Shown piece after piece: positions 52,233-61,640 of a stretch of 64,000 nt of DNA (position 1 is its first letter; every line of letters starts with the position of its first letter). The notes beneath the pieces are model-generated. The model worked only from the letters and a program-made list of their open reading frames with translations. It searched no databases and had not been told where the DNA came from. The stretch spans positions 62,001-126,000 of the IMG/VR virus record IMGVR_UViG_3300042519_004024, one strand, 5' to 3'. The position numbers and the translations under genes are program-made.

Positions 52233-52583
52233 TTACTTGTTATTACTTGGTCTATTTTCTTCAAACCATTCTATTATTGCATTTATTGCCCATACAAATC
52301 CGGCAGATAACATACCATCAAAAAATACGGATAAAAATTTATTAAGTCCAATAATATCTGCGTTTGGTGAAAAATATACTAAAGATAAAAAGAATCCAAC
52401 CCATGTTGAAGTACAGAGTACACAAGATATTAACCCTGATAAAAACTCACCTAAAAAATTAAATGGTGATAATTTATTATTACCCCAATTATGGATTTTT
52501 TGTCTAAATCCGTTAAAAATCGATCCGTAAACCAAAATGTTTGTCATTCCATAGGCAACTATTGCCCAAATTAATAAATTCAT
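52233..52583 (-). CDS. DUF1360-like membrane protein
   Basis: LISCVLCTSTWVG, three TMs; ATG 52583. Confidence 0.75.
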   Translation of the reverse strand: MNLLIWAIVAYGMTNILVYGSIFNGFRQKIHNWGNNKLSPFNFLGEFLSGLISCVLCTSTWVGFFLSLVYFSPNADIIGLNKFLSVFFDGMLSAGFVWAINAIIEWFEENRPSNNK

Positions 52584-52584
52584 A

Positions 52585-53274
52585 TTATTTGTATAAATCA
52601 TCGTTTAGGTTAGAACTCCCGTGAAAACGAGCCTTTGTAAAGTCACTCTCTTTTGGTTGTTCTAACAGTTTATTTTCTAACTCTTTGTTTTTTATTTTTA
52701 AATCTCTAATCTCAACATTCAAATTTGTTATTGTTTTTTGTAACATTTGAAGTTTGTTATTATCTGTATTTTGGAAATTATTTTCCATTTCTTCTATCTT
52801 AGTGGAAAATATTTTCCGTTCTGACTCAATTTGTTCATTTAAATGGAAAATATTTTGCTCCAACTGTTCGATTTTTCCGAATAGTTCGTTTTCACTACTG
52901 TTGTCGTAAATTGTTACAATTTTTTCTACGGGGACTTCTTTAATAATCTCCTTTTCAACTATTATTTCTTTTATTACTTCAACCGGTACTTCAACTATTT
53001 TTTCAACTTCTTTAATAACCTCAACAGGTATTTCCACCCGTTTTTCAACTATCACCTCTTTAATTACCTGTTTTTCACCAACAATACCCGTTTTTAAGTC
53101 TTTTTCATCTTCATTAAGTGTTTTTCCTAAAAGTCCGTATTTCTCAATATTAAACCCAGTATCAAAACACTTCTTAACAAATCCATCGACATCTTCAATA
53201 CTGTTTAATTTACAATATTCAGATACTAATTTCATTATGTTTTTATTAAACATTTCTGAGTACTTCAGTTCCAT
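52585..53274 (-). CDS. Protein with VEVPVEVIKE repeats and coiled coil
   Basis: EVIVEKRVEIPVEVIKEVEKIVEVPVEVIKEIIVEKEIIKEVPVEKIV. Confidence 0.75.
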   Translation of the reverse strand: MELKYSEMFNKNIMKLVSEYCKLNSIEDVDGFVKKCFDTGFNIEKYGLLGKTLNEDEKDLKTGIVGEKQVIKEVIVEKRVEIPVEVIKEVEKIVEVPVEVIKEIIVEKEIIKEVPVEKIVTIYDNSSENELFGKIEQLEQNIFHLNEQIESERKIFSTKIEEMENNFQNTDNNKLQMLQKTITNLNVEIRDLKIKNKELENKLLEQPKESDFTKARFHGSSNLNDDLYK

Positions 53275-54025
53275 TTTCAATATCTTCAAAAGATTTTATT
53301 GAGAACTTTAAAAAAGGTTTTGGGTTTTCAAGATCCGTATAGACATATTCTTTAGTTCCGAAATCATAAGTTCCGAAACCGTGGTTTCGGATACTCTCAC
53401 CAATGTTCTGTTGTATTGGTGATCCAATCATATATCCTTTACCTGTTTTAAAACTAAATTCTTGTCTTTTATGAATATCTCCACATAAAACAATATCTAA
53501 CCCATCAAACTTTTCAGTATCGTAAGCATGATCACCAAAGTCATAACCTAAATCAGTAGTCATACCTTGTATTGGTCCGTGAAATAAACCAACCTTATTA
53601 CCTTTAGCTTCACTAATATCAGGTGGGATATTCCCTTGGTATTGTGAATAAACGCACCAACTAATGTTCTCATCTTCATAAACACCTCTGTCTTTATAAT
53701 AAACAATGTTTTTATTATTTAATGAGTCTATAATTGGGGATAATGCGTCTAACCTTTCAATATTATTCACCAAAAAGTCGTGGTTACCTGGTATGATGAT
53801 TGTTTTTGCGATATTTGCACATTCAGTTAAAATCCAAGCAACAAACTCAATAAGTTCAGGAGTCATTTGATTTTTAGAATGAACTAAATCTCCTGTAAAA
53901 ACAATTCTATCAGGATTTAATTCTTTCCATTGTTCAATTGCATTCTGCAATATCTTTCGATATTGTTCGTGATCCTTAAATAGTTTTACGTGAAGATCAG
54001 AAAAGTGTATAAGTTTATTAATCAT
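53246..54025 (-). CDS. sbcD: SbcD/Mre11/gp47-like metallophosphoesterase nuclease
   Basis: SDLH, GDLVH, GNHD, FHG, GDIH. Confidence 0.9.
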   Translation of the reverse strand: MINKLIHFSDLHVKLFKDHEQYRKILQNAIEQWKELNPDRIVFTGDLVHSKNQMTPELIEFVAWILTECANIAKTIIIPGNHDFLVNNIERLDALSPIIDSLNNKNIVYYKDRGVYEDENISWCVYSQYQGNIPPDISEAKGNKVGLFHGPIQGMTTDLGYDFGDHAYDTEKFDGLDIVLCGDIHKRQEFSFKTGKGYMIGSPIQQNIGESIRNHGFGTYDFGTKEYVYTDLENPKPFLKFSIKSFEDIENGTEVLRNV

Positions 54026-54269
54026 TTAATTGTGTTTTTGTTCCGCAATATACTTCAAAAGGTGGTTTATATGGATCATCATCTTTTTTCAGAGGCATAA
54101 TTATAGGATTAAAAGGTGATGGTATTGTTGTTCTTGGGTTAGGAAAAAATGAATCAACCTCTTTAACCTCATTCATTTTTTCAACAATTGGTGCTATTAA
54201 AATGTGCTCATCCTCTAACCTACCATGTAGATATCCTTCTAACCAAAAATAAAATTCTTTATGTGTCAT
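54018..54269 (-). CDS. Hypothetical protein
   Basis: MTHKEFYFWLEGYL; coupled to neighbours. Confidence 0.7.
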   Translation of the reverse strand: MTHKEFYFWLEGYLHGRLEDEHILIAPIVEKMNEVKEVDSFFPNPRTTIPSPFNPIIMPLKKDDDPYKPPFEVYCGTKTQLND

Positions 54270-54412
54270 ATTAATTCTCTATTATATAAATTTACTAAAA
54301 TAAGTCTTGCTAATTTAAACTCCTTTACCCTGTTTAATCTTAACCCATATGCTAACGATACTGTTTTAAGATGAGGGTACGCCTCACTAATAGTCATTTT
54401 ACCTATTTCCAT
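54266..54412 (-). CDS. Small hypothetical protein, 48 aa
   Basis: Hand translation MEIGKMTISEAYPHLKTVSLAYGLRLNRVKEFKLARLILVNLYNRELI; overlaps both neighbours at start/stop. Confidence 0.6.
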   Translation of the reverse strand: MEIGKMTISEAYPHLKTVSLAYGLRLNRVKEFKLARLILVNLYNRELI

Positions 54413-54627
54413 CACTTATCAAATAATTTAAAATCTTCGTTAACATTACCACATTCATTACACATGTAAGTTGGAAAAGGTACGATAGTGTCTTCAGAAC
54501 TACCTGTTAATATTTTTGATACTTTTTTTAAAATTGTTACTTCTTTGAAGTAAACTGATTTACATTTTTCACACTCAACAGTTGGTTGATCTTTTAAGTT
54601 GATTTTTGGTTTAATGATGTCTTCCAT
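54412..54627 (-). CDS. Zinc-ribbon protein
   Basis: CEKC...CNECG. Confidence 0.8.
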   Translation of the reverse strand: MEDIIKPKINLKDQPTVECEKCKSVYFKEVTILKKVSKILTGSSEDTIVPFPTYMCNECGNVNEDFKLFDK

Positions 54628-54738
54628 TATTTTATAATATAATTTACGTTTATTTTAATTGTTGAACAGTCCCAACTTGTGTTGGTGTACCATATAGGTG
54701 TTATCGTACTTTCCATGATTTAATATAATTTATTTTAT

Positions 54739-55596
54739 TTATTTAGTCAAATATTCCTTGATGTTCATCTTCATAATTGTGTCCACAACCTCTTTTGAAA
54801 CTCGGTATTCGGTAAAATCTTGCTCATCAGTAAGATGTACTATTACACAACCATAAAAACTGATACCCTCATATTTGGTTCCTTCTAACATTTTTACAAG
54901 TAATTTACCATATAGCGGTAACTGTGTATTATAGTGTCCAAGAGCATTGTTTGGTAAATACTTAAATGGTTCTCTCATTGGTTTTGTGTAGTCGTTGGTT
55001 TCCATGTTTTTCTTTTTGTTGGTTTTCCAATCAGTTATGACAATACCAAACCCCGTTCTTTGTTTATTAAACATTAACCAAGCTTTATCAGGTTGTCCTG
55101 TATACCCTAACTCAGGATGACCTAAAACTATCTCCGTATCTAAAAGTACGGCACCTCTATCTTCCATAAGTTTTAAAAACTTATATCCAGCCTTAATCAT
55201 ACGATCACCTTTCATAATCATTTCCATATCACATTCATAGATTGGTTGTCTGACTTGTTTGTTTAAACCACTTCTTTTTAATGTTTCAATTTCCAATTCA
55301 TAGTGAACCCTACTACCCATATTTGTGGATATTTTTCCCGCTTCTTCCCATTCTGCAAGTAAAGTTTGCATAACATAAGGATCCCCTTTTGCTTTATTTC
55401 TTGCAGCCTCCTCGGTTGGGAAATCGTCATAGAATAACTTCATTACTTTTGACACTGATGGGAAATCGTCTTTGATTTCTCCATCGGTATCTTTCATGGT
55501 GTATCTATGTTTATCTTCTTCAAAAGTTAAACAAAGTTCTTTTTGTCTCTCTGATAAGATATCACGTATTTCTTCTGCTATTTTTTTTAAATTCAT
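54739..55596 (-). CDS. PD-(D/E)XK exonuclease
   Basis: GSRVH, TEIVL, GQPDK, ITDWKT, HYNTQLPLY. Confidence 0.85.
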   Translation of the reverse strand: MNLKKIAEEIRDILSERQKELCLTFEEDKHRYTMKDTDGEIKDDFPSVSKVMKLFYDDFPTEEAARNKAKGDPYVMQTLLAEWEEAGKISTNMGSRVHYELEIETLKRSGLNKQVRQPIYECDMEMIMKGDRMIKAGYKFLKLMEDRGAVLLDTEIVLGHPELGYTGQPDKAWLMFNKQRTGFGIVITDWKTNKKKNMETNDYTKPMREPFKYLPNNALGHYNTQLPLYGKLLVKMLEGTKYEGISFYGCVIVHLTDEQDFTEYRVSKEVVDTIMKMNIKEYLTK

Positions 55597-56513
55597 TGTT
55601 TTTCTTGTATGAAATATTGTGTTATATGCCCTCTTAAATCACAAACATCCTTATCTTTTGGTAGTTTGACGAGTTTTACTCTGTTGTAAAGGGTACCTCC
55701 ATTTAGTTTATCGTATAATTTTTTTGCGTCATCATATGCGTCACCATCTAAACAAATTATAATGTCTTTTTTCGCCTTTTCGTAAAGTTTTTCCCACATA
55801 TTATCATTAATGTACTTTCCAAGAAGTGCAATTGAATTGTCTAAAAAGAATGAGTCAAATACCCCCTCAACAATATATATGTCTTTTTTAAAATCTATTA
55901 AACTTTCATTAAAAATTAAAAAATCTTTTGCCGCTTCAGGATTTTTGTATTTTAGTTTTGATTTTGGGTTCCAAGATCTTGATACAAAAAAGTTTAGTTC
56001 TCCTTTTTTATTATATGATGGTACTATGATTCTTCCGGCATATTCCCCGTCAATACATAACCCAATTTGGTACTTATCTATAATTTCTTGAGTAATTCCT
56101 CTTTTTTTAAGATAGTTAAAAGCCTCTTTTCTTGGTATATGTAATGGGTGTATTTCGTCAAACTTTTTATACTCTTTAGGTAATTCTAATTTTTTAAATA
56201 CCTTTTCTTTTTTTTCAAATTTATCAGGTCTGATTAACTTATAGGTCTTTTTGTCTTTTTTAGAACCATACTTATCAATCAATTTACCTAAATGTCCGTG
56301 AGTTTCGTGAGTTTCCGCACAAGCCCAACATTTATATACATGATTTTGATAATTAATTTCAAGATTACCTTTTCCGTCAGTTTTAGACAATCCTTTAATA
56401 TCATAAGAACAAACAGGACAATCCACCGATATTTGTCCAGAATATTCATTAACATTTTTTGGTTCTCCAAAAATTGTTTGTATTAAATCTATTAAAAGTG
56501 ATTCATCTTCCAT
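55593..56513 (-). CDS. DNA primase (Zn finger plus TOPRIM)
   Basis: CPVC...CWAC; YIVEGVFD; CLDGDA. Confidence 0.88.
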   Translation of the reverse strand: MEDESLLIDLIQTIFGEPKNVNEYSGQISVDCPVCSYDIKGLSKTDGKGNLEINYQNHVYKCWACAETHETHGHLGKLIDKYGSKKDKKTYKLIRPDKFEKKEKVFKKLELPKEYKKFDEIHPLHIPRKEAFNYLKKRGITQEIIDKYQIGLCIDGEYAGRIIVPSYNKKGELNFFVSRSWNPKSKLKYKNPEAAKDFLIFNESLIDFKKDIYIVEGVFDSFFLDNSIALLGKYINDNMWEKLYEKAKKDIIICLDGDAYDDAKKLYDKLNGGTLYNRVKLVKLPKDKDVCDLRGHITQYFIQEKQ

Positions 56514-56588
56514 ATATTAAAAATAGTAATTTTATATGGAATGTCAATTATCGGTTATTTAAACGATAATCTAAAATATCGTATAAAT

Positions 56589-56614
56589 AAAAAACCCACC
56601 TTTTTGGGGTGGGC
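56589..56614 (-). terminator. Intrinsic terminator
   Basis: CCCACC(C)-CAAAA-AGGTGGG plus T-run. Confidence 0.75.
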
Positions 56615-56634
56615 TAATAAAATATTTTATTTTT

Positions 56635-57126
56635 TTATTCGTCAGATGCGTCACAATAATCATAACAAATATCTTCTAATTTTGGACATTCTATTTCAAA
56701 TTGTTGTCTTCCACCAAAGAATTTTTTCTTACCTCTTAGGTATAGTTGATTCTCTTCGCAATCATAAAATAATTCTAATTTACTATCCATTCCTGGTTCC
56801 CAATTTTCTCCTCGTTCAACTAAAAATCTATGTAGTTTTTTGTTACAACCCTCTTCAGGACCATTATCAAAAAATTGAGGATTGTTTGACATGTCTCTAA
56901 CTTCTAATATACTGTTACAACCTAACTCATCTTCTGTTTGTGATTCGCAAGCCGTTCCACCTAAAATTACTTCCATGATTTCTAATCCACAACTTGGGTC
57001 AACTATTGTAAATTGTTTGCCTCTAACTTTCATATCTAATTTAGAAATTCCAGATTCCGATTCTTTAACAATTCGTCTAACCAATCTAGTTAGATCCGAT
57101 TCAGTAAGTCTAATAATTTTTTTCAT
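56635..57126 (-). CDS. LTESDL-leader family protein, Cys-rich cargo
   Basis: MKKIIRLTESDLTRLVRRIVKES; eight Cys. Confidence 0.85.
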   Translation of the reverse strand: MKKIIRLTESDLTRLVRRIVKESESGISKLDMKVRGKQFTIVDPSCGLEIMEVILGGTACESQTEDELGCNSILEVRDMSNNPQFFDNGPEEGCNKKLHRFLVERGENWEPGMDSKLELFYDCEENQLYLRGKKKFFGGRQQFEIECPKLEDICYDYCDASDE

Positions 57127-57183
57127 TATTTTTTTTTTAATTATTTATAATAATAAATATATGTTATTCATAAAAAAATTAAT

Positions 57184-57789
57184 TTACCAAATTTTTTCTT
57201 GGTTCATATAACCTAAAACACAAGTATAAGAATCTGCCATATCAAAACACTCTTTTTTCAAAGTATTGTTTTTTGTATATTGCCATTGTATTTGTGGTTC
57301 TTTGTCTGACACTTTTTTCCAAATAAGTTCTTTCTTATCTATGTCTTTTGGAAGTCCTCCAAATAAAACATGTTTACCCTTATCGTTTTGTTGTACGAAC
57401 TCAGGCCAAGCATATTTTCTTGAATTATAGGTTGATATGAAATTTGGCGCAATTCCTATTATATCATAAATCGATTTAGTAATCATTGAATTATAACGTA
57501 ATAGTGTTCCTACTGTCCAAATATTATTAGAATTAAGTAATGGTTCTTCTATGACTACTTTAGTAATACCTAAGTTTCTATAACCTTCTAATTTTTCTTC
57601 AAAAGCTTTAACCTTTAAGATTAACTCTAAAATTTTATCGTCAACTTTTGGTTTAATTACTGGCGAGAAATGTGTTAACTCTAAAAGTTCTTTTGTTTTT
57701 ATATCAAATAAACTCCACCCAATGGTTTTTGTTGAAATGTCTAACCCTAATACTTTTGGGGTATTTTTAAAATCTAAATTTTCTGACAT
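57184..57789 (-). CDS. RuvC-like Holliday junction resolvase
   Basis: VLGLDIST, VVIEEP, DMADSY. Confidence 0.85.
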   Translation of the reverse strand: MSENLDFKNTPKVLGLDISTKTIGWSLFDIKTKELLELTHFSPVIKPKVDDKILELILKVKAFEEKLEGYRNLGITKVVIEEPLLNSNNIWTVGTLLRYNSMITKSIYDIIGIAPNFISTYNSRKYAWPEFVQQNDKGKHVLFGGLPKDIDKKELIWKKVSDKEPQIQWQYTKNNTLKKECFDMADSYTCVLGYMNQEKIW

Positions 57790-57793
57790 ACTA

Positions 57794-60007
57794 TTAAAAA
57801 TCTAACTTAATCGGATACTGTTGTATTCCCTGTCTTTTTTCAGGGGATTGTATCTTCGATATAACCATAAGTTCTTTATTAGCATTGTAAAGAGCAACTT
57901 CAGTTATGTAAGGAGGTGTAGAACCGTTCCACGTAGGGTTAGACGAATCAAAAAATTGTGTTTGTCCTAAATTACAAAGGAAATTCATAACATATATCGT
58001 TGCCTGTATATCCGTTTCAATATTACCAAAGAAATAGTATTCCCCACCAAAATTCAAAGTTAATCCTGTTTGCCCTATTTGTGGTAGTTGTATGTAATTA
58101 TTTAAATCATAGATAGGTGCGGTGTCATACATATTTTTTGTAATCTGTATTGTGGTGCCTGTCATACCTGTTTGTGTTAAATAATTATTTACAGTTGTTG
58201 CCGATATTTGTGAATATACGTTAATTTCTCTCCATAATGTTGAGGATGGTCTGGTTGTACCACTTGGTACTTTTTGAGCTAATATTTTAATATTATTTGC
58301 GGTAAACCCTGAAGGTATTGTTGCGAGATTTTCTTGTAAAAATGGAAATTCATTACCAAATCTAACTAAAATGTCCGAAGCCCCCGGCAATAAACTTTGA
58401 TTGTTACCTGTAATTGTTGAGTAATAATTACAATGCAGTGAGTTTGTGAATCCTGTATTTTCAAATAGATAAGTTAAAAATAAAGTCTCAGTGTCCCCTG
58501 TTAATAAACCTGCTGTCCCACCTAAAACGCCACTAAAAGTATTTGGTGTGACTAAACCAAGTTTAGGTGCCGGTAATGTCCAACTTCTATTTGATTTATA
58601 ATTTAATGATGCAATTATTTCATCATCATCAAAAACAATCATTTTTAAATCAGGAAACACTTTACCTACTCTATTCGGTACACCATTAGTGTTTGCGTGT
58701 GTATCCCATAAATGATAGTATCTTAAACCAGGTGCGTTAAAATTTAAATCTTTTTTAGATTTCATATAATGTACTTGGAACAAGTTTTGAGTTGTGAACC
58801 CCGATGGGTCAGTATAGAAAACCTCACCTATAGTTGCGTTTGGATTTTTGTGCCACATTAACCAAGGAATCGATAGTTTAAAATTTCTAGCTTGTCCTGT
58901 ATTTCCTGGATTTGTTGGATCATAGTCCTCCATTGCAAATTTTTCACCATAAAAATTATCTATGGATTGATTTGTATAATGTATAATGGCTATTGCCTTT
59001 TGTTCTTCAGGTGTTACTGTTATTTTTTCTAAAAATGAATTATAATAATAAACAGAATCCGTATCTAATTGTCCTTTTTGACTATTGTAACCTAAATATT
59101 CTTTAGTGTTTGTGTAACCTGTAGATTTAAATTTATTATAGTCTTGATAAGTATTACTGAATAATCCTGCCGGTGATTCTGTCCAAGGAATATTCATATT
59201 CCATATGTACACATTTCTTTGTGAAACGTCACAATTTGTTTCAAAATTGAATACGTCATTTGCCCAAAATGGTTGTGGTGTAAACGTATCATACATCACA
59301 GTCATACCGCTTGGATAGAACATTGTACTTGACAAACCACTCAAACCAATAGATGCAAAATTAGGTAAATTCCTATCAACTTGAATATCTATTGTTGTTG
59401 CTGTCGAACTATCCCCTGTAACGGCTACCACTAAATATGTGAACATAGGTGTCGATGCCGATAAAGGTTGTAAACTATCTGTACTAAATAATGTTAAAAA
59501 CATTCCAGGTGTTACTGTACCAGAAACTGAAGGATCTATAGTTGTTGCTGATAGTGTTATTACATTTCCTGATGTTATACCTGAATTTTGTATTACAAAA
59601 TTAGGGTTTATTGTGTACGCTGAAGATGTAAAAGCACTAAAACTAATTGATGACCCCGTAGAACCCGTAAAAAAACCTCTTGGTGCCGCACTATTATATA
59701 CACTATCAATATATGAATTATCAAATGGAACACCAAAAGTACTACCTGAAGTTGAGTCTATAAAAAGTGGGTATTTAACATGCATCCTATTTTTCTGTGG
59801 TACAGGTGATAAATTTTGGGCGTTATACTGAGGCATTAAAACGTTATAATCAACCATATCCATGTTTGATACACAATCATAACAAACTTCACTATCACCC
59901 ACTTGAAAATATGCAATATCAAACTTACCTTGTGATATTTTTTTTCTTGCGGCGTCTGTCATTAACGTGTTTATTAATGCTGCGGTATTTTTAATAATAT
60001 ATGACAT
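57794..60007 (-). CDS. Virion structural protein (tail/baseplate region)
   Basis: 737 aa, S/T/G-rich; ends ITEVALYNANKELMVISKIQSP; late motif 60013-60019. Confidence 0.7.
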   Translation of the reverse strand: MSYIIKNTAALINTLMTDAARKKISQGKFDIAYFQVGDSEVCYDCVSNMDMVDYNVLMPQYNAQNLSPVPQKNRMHVKYPLFIDSTSGSTFGVPFDNSYIDSVYNSAAPRGFFTGSTGSSISFSAFTSSAYTINPNFVIQNSGITSGNVITLSATTIDPSVSGTVTPGMFLTLFSTDSLQPLSASTPMFTYLVVAVTGDSSTATTIDIQVDRNLPNFASIGLSGLSSTMFYPSGMTVMYDTFTPQPFWANDVFNFETNCDVSQRNVYIWNMNIPWTESPAGLFSNTYQDYNKFKSTGYTNTKEYLGYNSQKGQLDTDSVYYYNSFLEKITVTPEEQKAIAIIHYTNQSIDNFYGEKFAMEDYDPTNPGNTGQARNFKLSIPWLMWHKNPNATIGEVFYTDPSGFTTQNLFQVHYMKSKKDLNFNAPGLRYYHLWDTHANTNGVPNRVGKVFPDLKMIVFDDDEIIASLNYKSNRSWTLPAPKLGLVTPNTFSGVLGGTAGLLTGDTETLFLTYLFENTGFTNSLHCNYYSTITGNNQSLLPGASDILVRFGNEFPFLQENLATIPSGFTANNIKILAQKVPSGTTRPSSTLWREINVYSQISATTVNNYLTQTGMTGTTIQITKNMYDTAPIYDLNNYIQLPQIGQTGLTLNFGGEYYFFGNIETDIQATIYVMNFLCNLGQTQFFDSSNPTWNGSTPPYITEVALYNANKELMVISKIQSPEKRQGIQQYPIKLDF

Positions 60008-60037
60008 ATAATATAAATACTAATTTTTTATTTTTAT

Positions 60038-61639
60038 TTAAAACTCCCTTGGTGGTCTTGGACAAATTAAACCTGTTTTTGTAAGAATTACTTGTTGTGG
60101 AACCGTTGAAGAGTTAACTGACTTACATAATATAGGACTTATTGTTATATTTTGTATGTTTACACTATCTTTTATATTAGCAAATAAGTTACAATGATCG
60201 CTTTCAACACAAGGTGTGTTTATGTATTGTACTATAGTTCCCGTTATAGTTCCACTACCAGATAATTGTACGTTATAGGATGTTGTGTAAGAACTTAAAT
60301 TTATATCACCTCCTTCACATATAGGATTAAAAGATGTTGATCCAACTGTTGGTCCTGTTGTTGGTGATGATATTGTAAACGTTCCCGTTTGGTTTGTTGT
60401 AATATTGTTACTGTAGCTGATTGATGGTGTAGTGATTGTATATGCAGTTGTATTGATGTTAAATAATAAATCCATATTAATTACTGTACCTACAGGTAAT
60501 GGATATGGACTAACATTTATTGCCCAAGTCGATGTTTTTGTTGTTGCATTACCTACAGTTACATTTGAACCGGGTGTTAATGTTAGACTTACGTTATAAT
60601 TTTGAAATAATTGTTGTGGTGTTAATGTTACTGTCTGACTTGTAATTGTATTATTAACATCTTTAACGTAAACTGTATATGTTCCTGCGGCTAACCCAAC
60701 AAAACTATTTGATATTTGATAATTTACAGAATCAATTGAATACGTATACGGTGCTAATCCTCCGCTAGGTGTTATTGTTATTGTACCATTACTAGTCGTT
60801 GAACATGTAGGATTTGTACTATTAACTGTCATAGTTAACGGTGGTGTTTGACATATTCCTGAACTAACAAAAACAGAAGAGTTAAAAGCCAACGGTCCTG
60901 TTAATGTCCAAGTACCTGTTGGTGGGATTGTTGGTGATTGTAGATATAAACCTCCGACATAAGTCCATCCACTAACATTCCATTGTGTTGTTCCTGTATT
61001 ATAATATATTGTTTGGGTTGAGCTAGTCCAAGATGGGTAACCATTTATAGTTCCTCCTGAACTAAAATTAAATTGTTGTATATTTGATGGTCTGATAAAT
61101 TCTAAACATAAATCAGTTGGGTATACTGGTGTTGGTGTGGGTGGAGGTAAACATTCTGTACATCCCGTAAAAGGGCCTGCAGAGTATATTGGGAAATTTC
61201 CAATGTATGTTTGTCCCGTATATGTTGTGGTACCATTACTTATCCAACAACCTATTTGTGTTGTTAATTGATATATTGAACCATTATTAAGTGGGTTAGT
61301 TAAATCCGCTAAATAATATATATTATTATTTGGTGTTTCACAATTCTCTAATACTTCAAGATAGAACGTGTCGTAACCTACAGTACATGTTGTTGTTGCA
61401 GTAAAATCTCCGTAATAATCAACTACAGTTGCGGTATAATTACCGGGACTTAGGTTTGTTAATAATGTACCTTGTGAACCATTGTCCCAAGTAACATTAT
61501 ATGGCGATGTACCACCTGTAACAAATAAAGCAATTAACCCATTTGTAGATTCAGGTGTTGATGCGTTAATACTGTCACATTCTAAACCTAAAGGTAAGAT
61601 TGTTATTATATTACAACTATTTCCACTTAATTGCCCCAT
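60038..61639 (-). CDS. Virion protein with SprB-like repeats
   Basis: VTGGTSPYNVTW...NLSPGNYTATVVD and NPTC...GTITITPSGGLAPYTYSID...LAAGTYTVYVKD. Confidence 0.8.
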   Translation of the reverse strand: MGQLSGNSCNIITILPLGLECDSINASTPESTNGLIALFVTGGTSPYNVTWDNGSQGTLLTNLSPGNYTATVVDYYGDFTATTTCTVGYDTFYLEVLENCETPNNNIYYLADLTNPLNNGSIYQLTTQIGCWISNGTTTYTGQTYIGNFPIYSAGPFTGCTECLPPPTPTPVYPTDLCLEFIRPSNIQQFNFSSGGTINGYPSWTSSTQTIYYNTGTTQWNVSGWTYVGGLYLQSPTIPPTGTWTLTGPLAFNSSVFVSSGICQTPPLTMTVNSTNPTCSTTSNGTITITPSGGLAPYTYSIDSVNYQISNSFVGLAAGTYTVYVKDVNNTITSQTVTLTPQQLFQNYNVSLTLTPGSNVTVGNATTKTSTWAINVSPYPLPVGTVINMDLLFNINTTAYTITTPSISYSNNITTNQTGTFTISSPTTGPTVGSTSFNPICEGGDINLSSYTTSYNVQLSGSGTITGTIVQYINTPCVESDHCNLFANIKDSVNIQNITISPILCKSVNSSTVPQQVILTKTGLICPRPPREF

Positions 61640-61640
61640 A

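Noticed and set aside
2547-59831. Opposite-strand ORFs such as 2547-2891, 5503-5850, 7431-7706, 25656-26039, 46703-47104, 50855-51529, 51979-52530, 59439-59831
   Set aside because: Shadows of clearly recognisable genes on the other strand; no motifs.
257-60019. T4-type late promoter TATAAATA
   Set aside because: The motif is in the opposite orientation relative to the genes.
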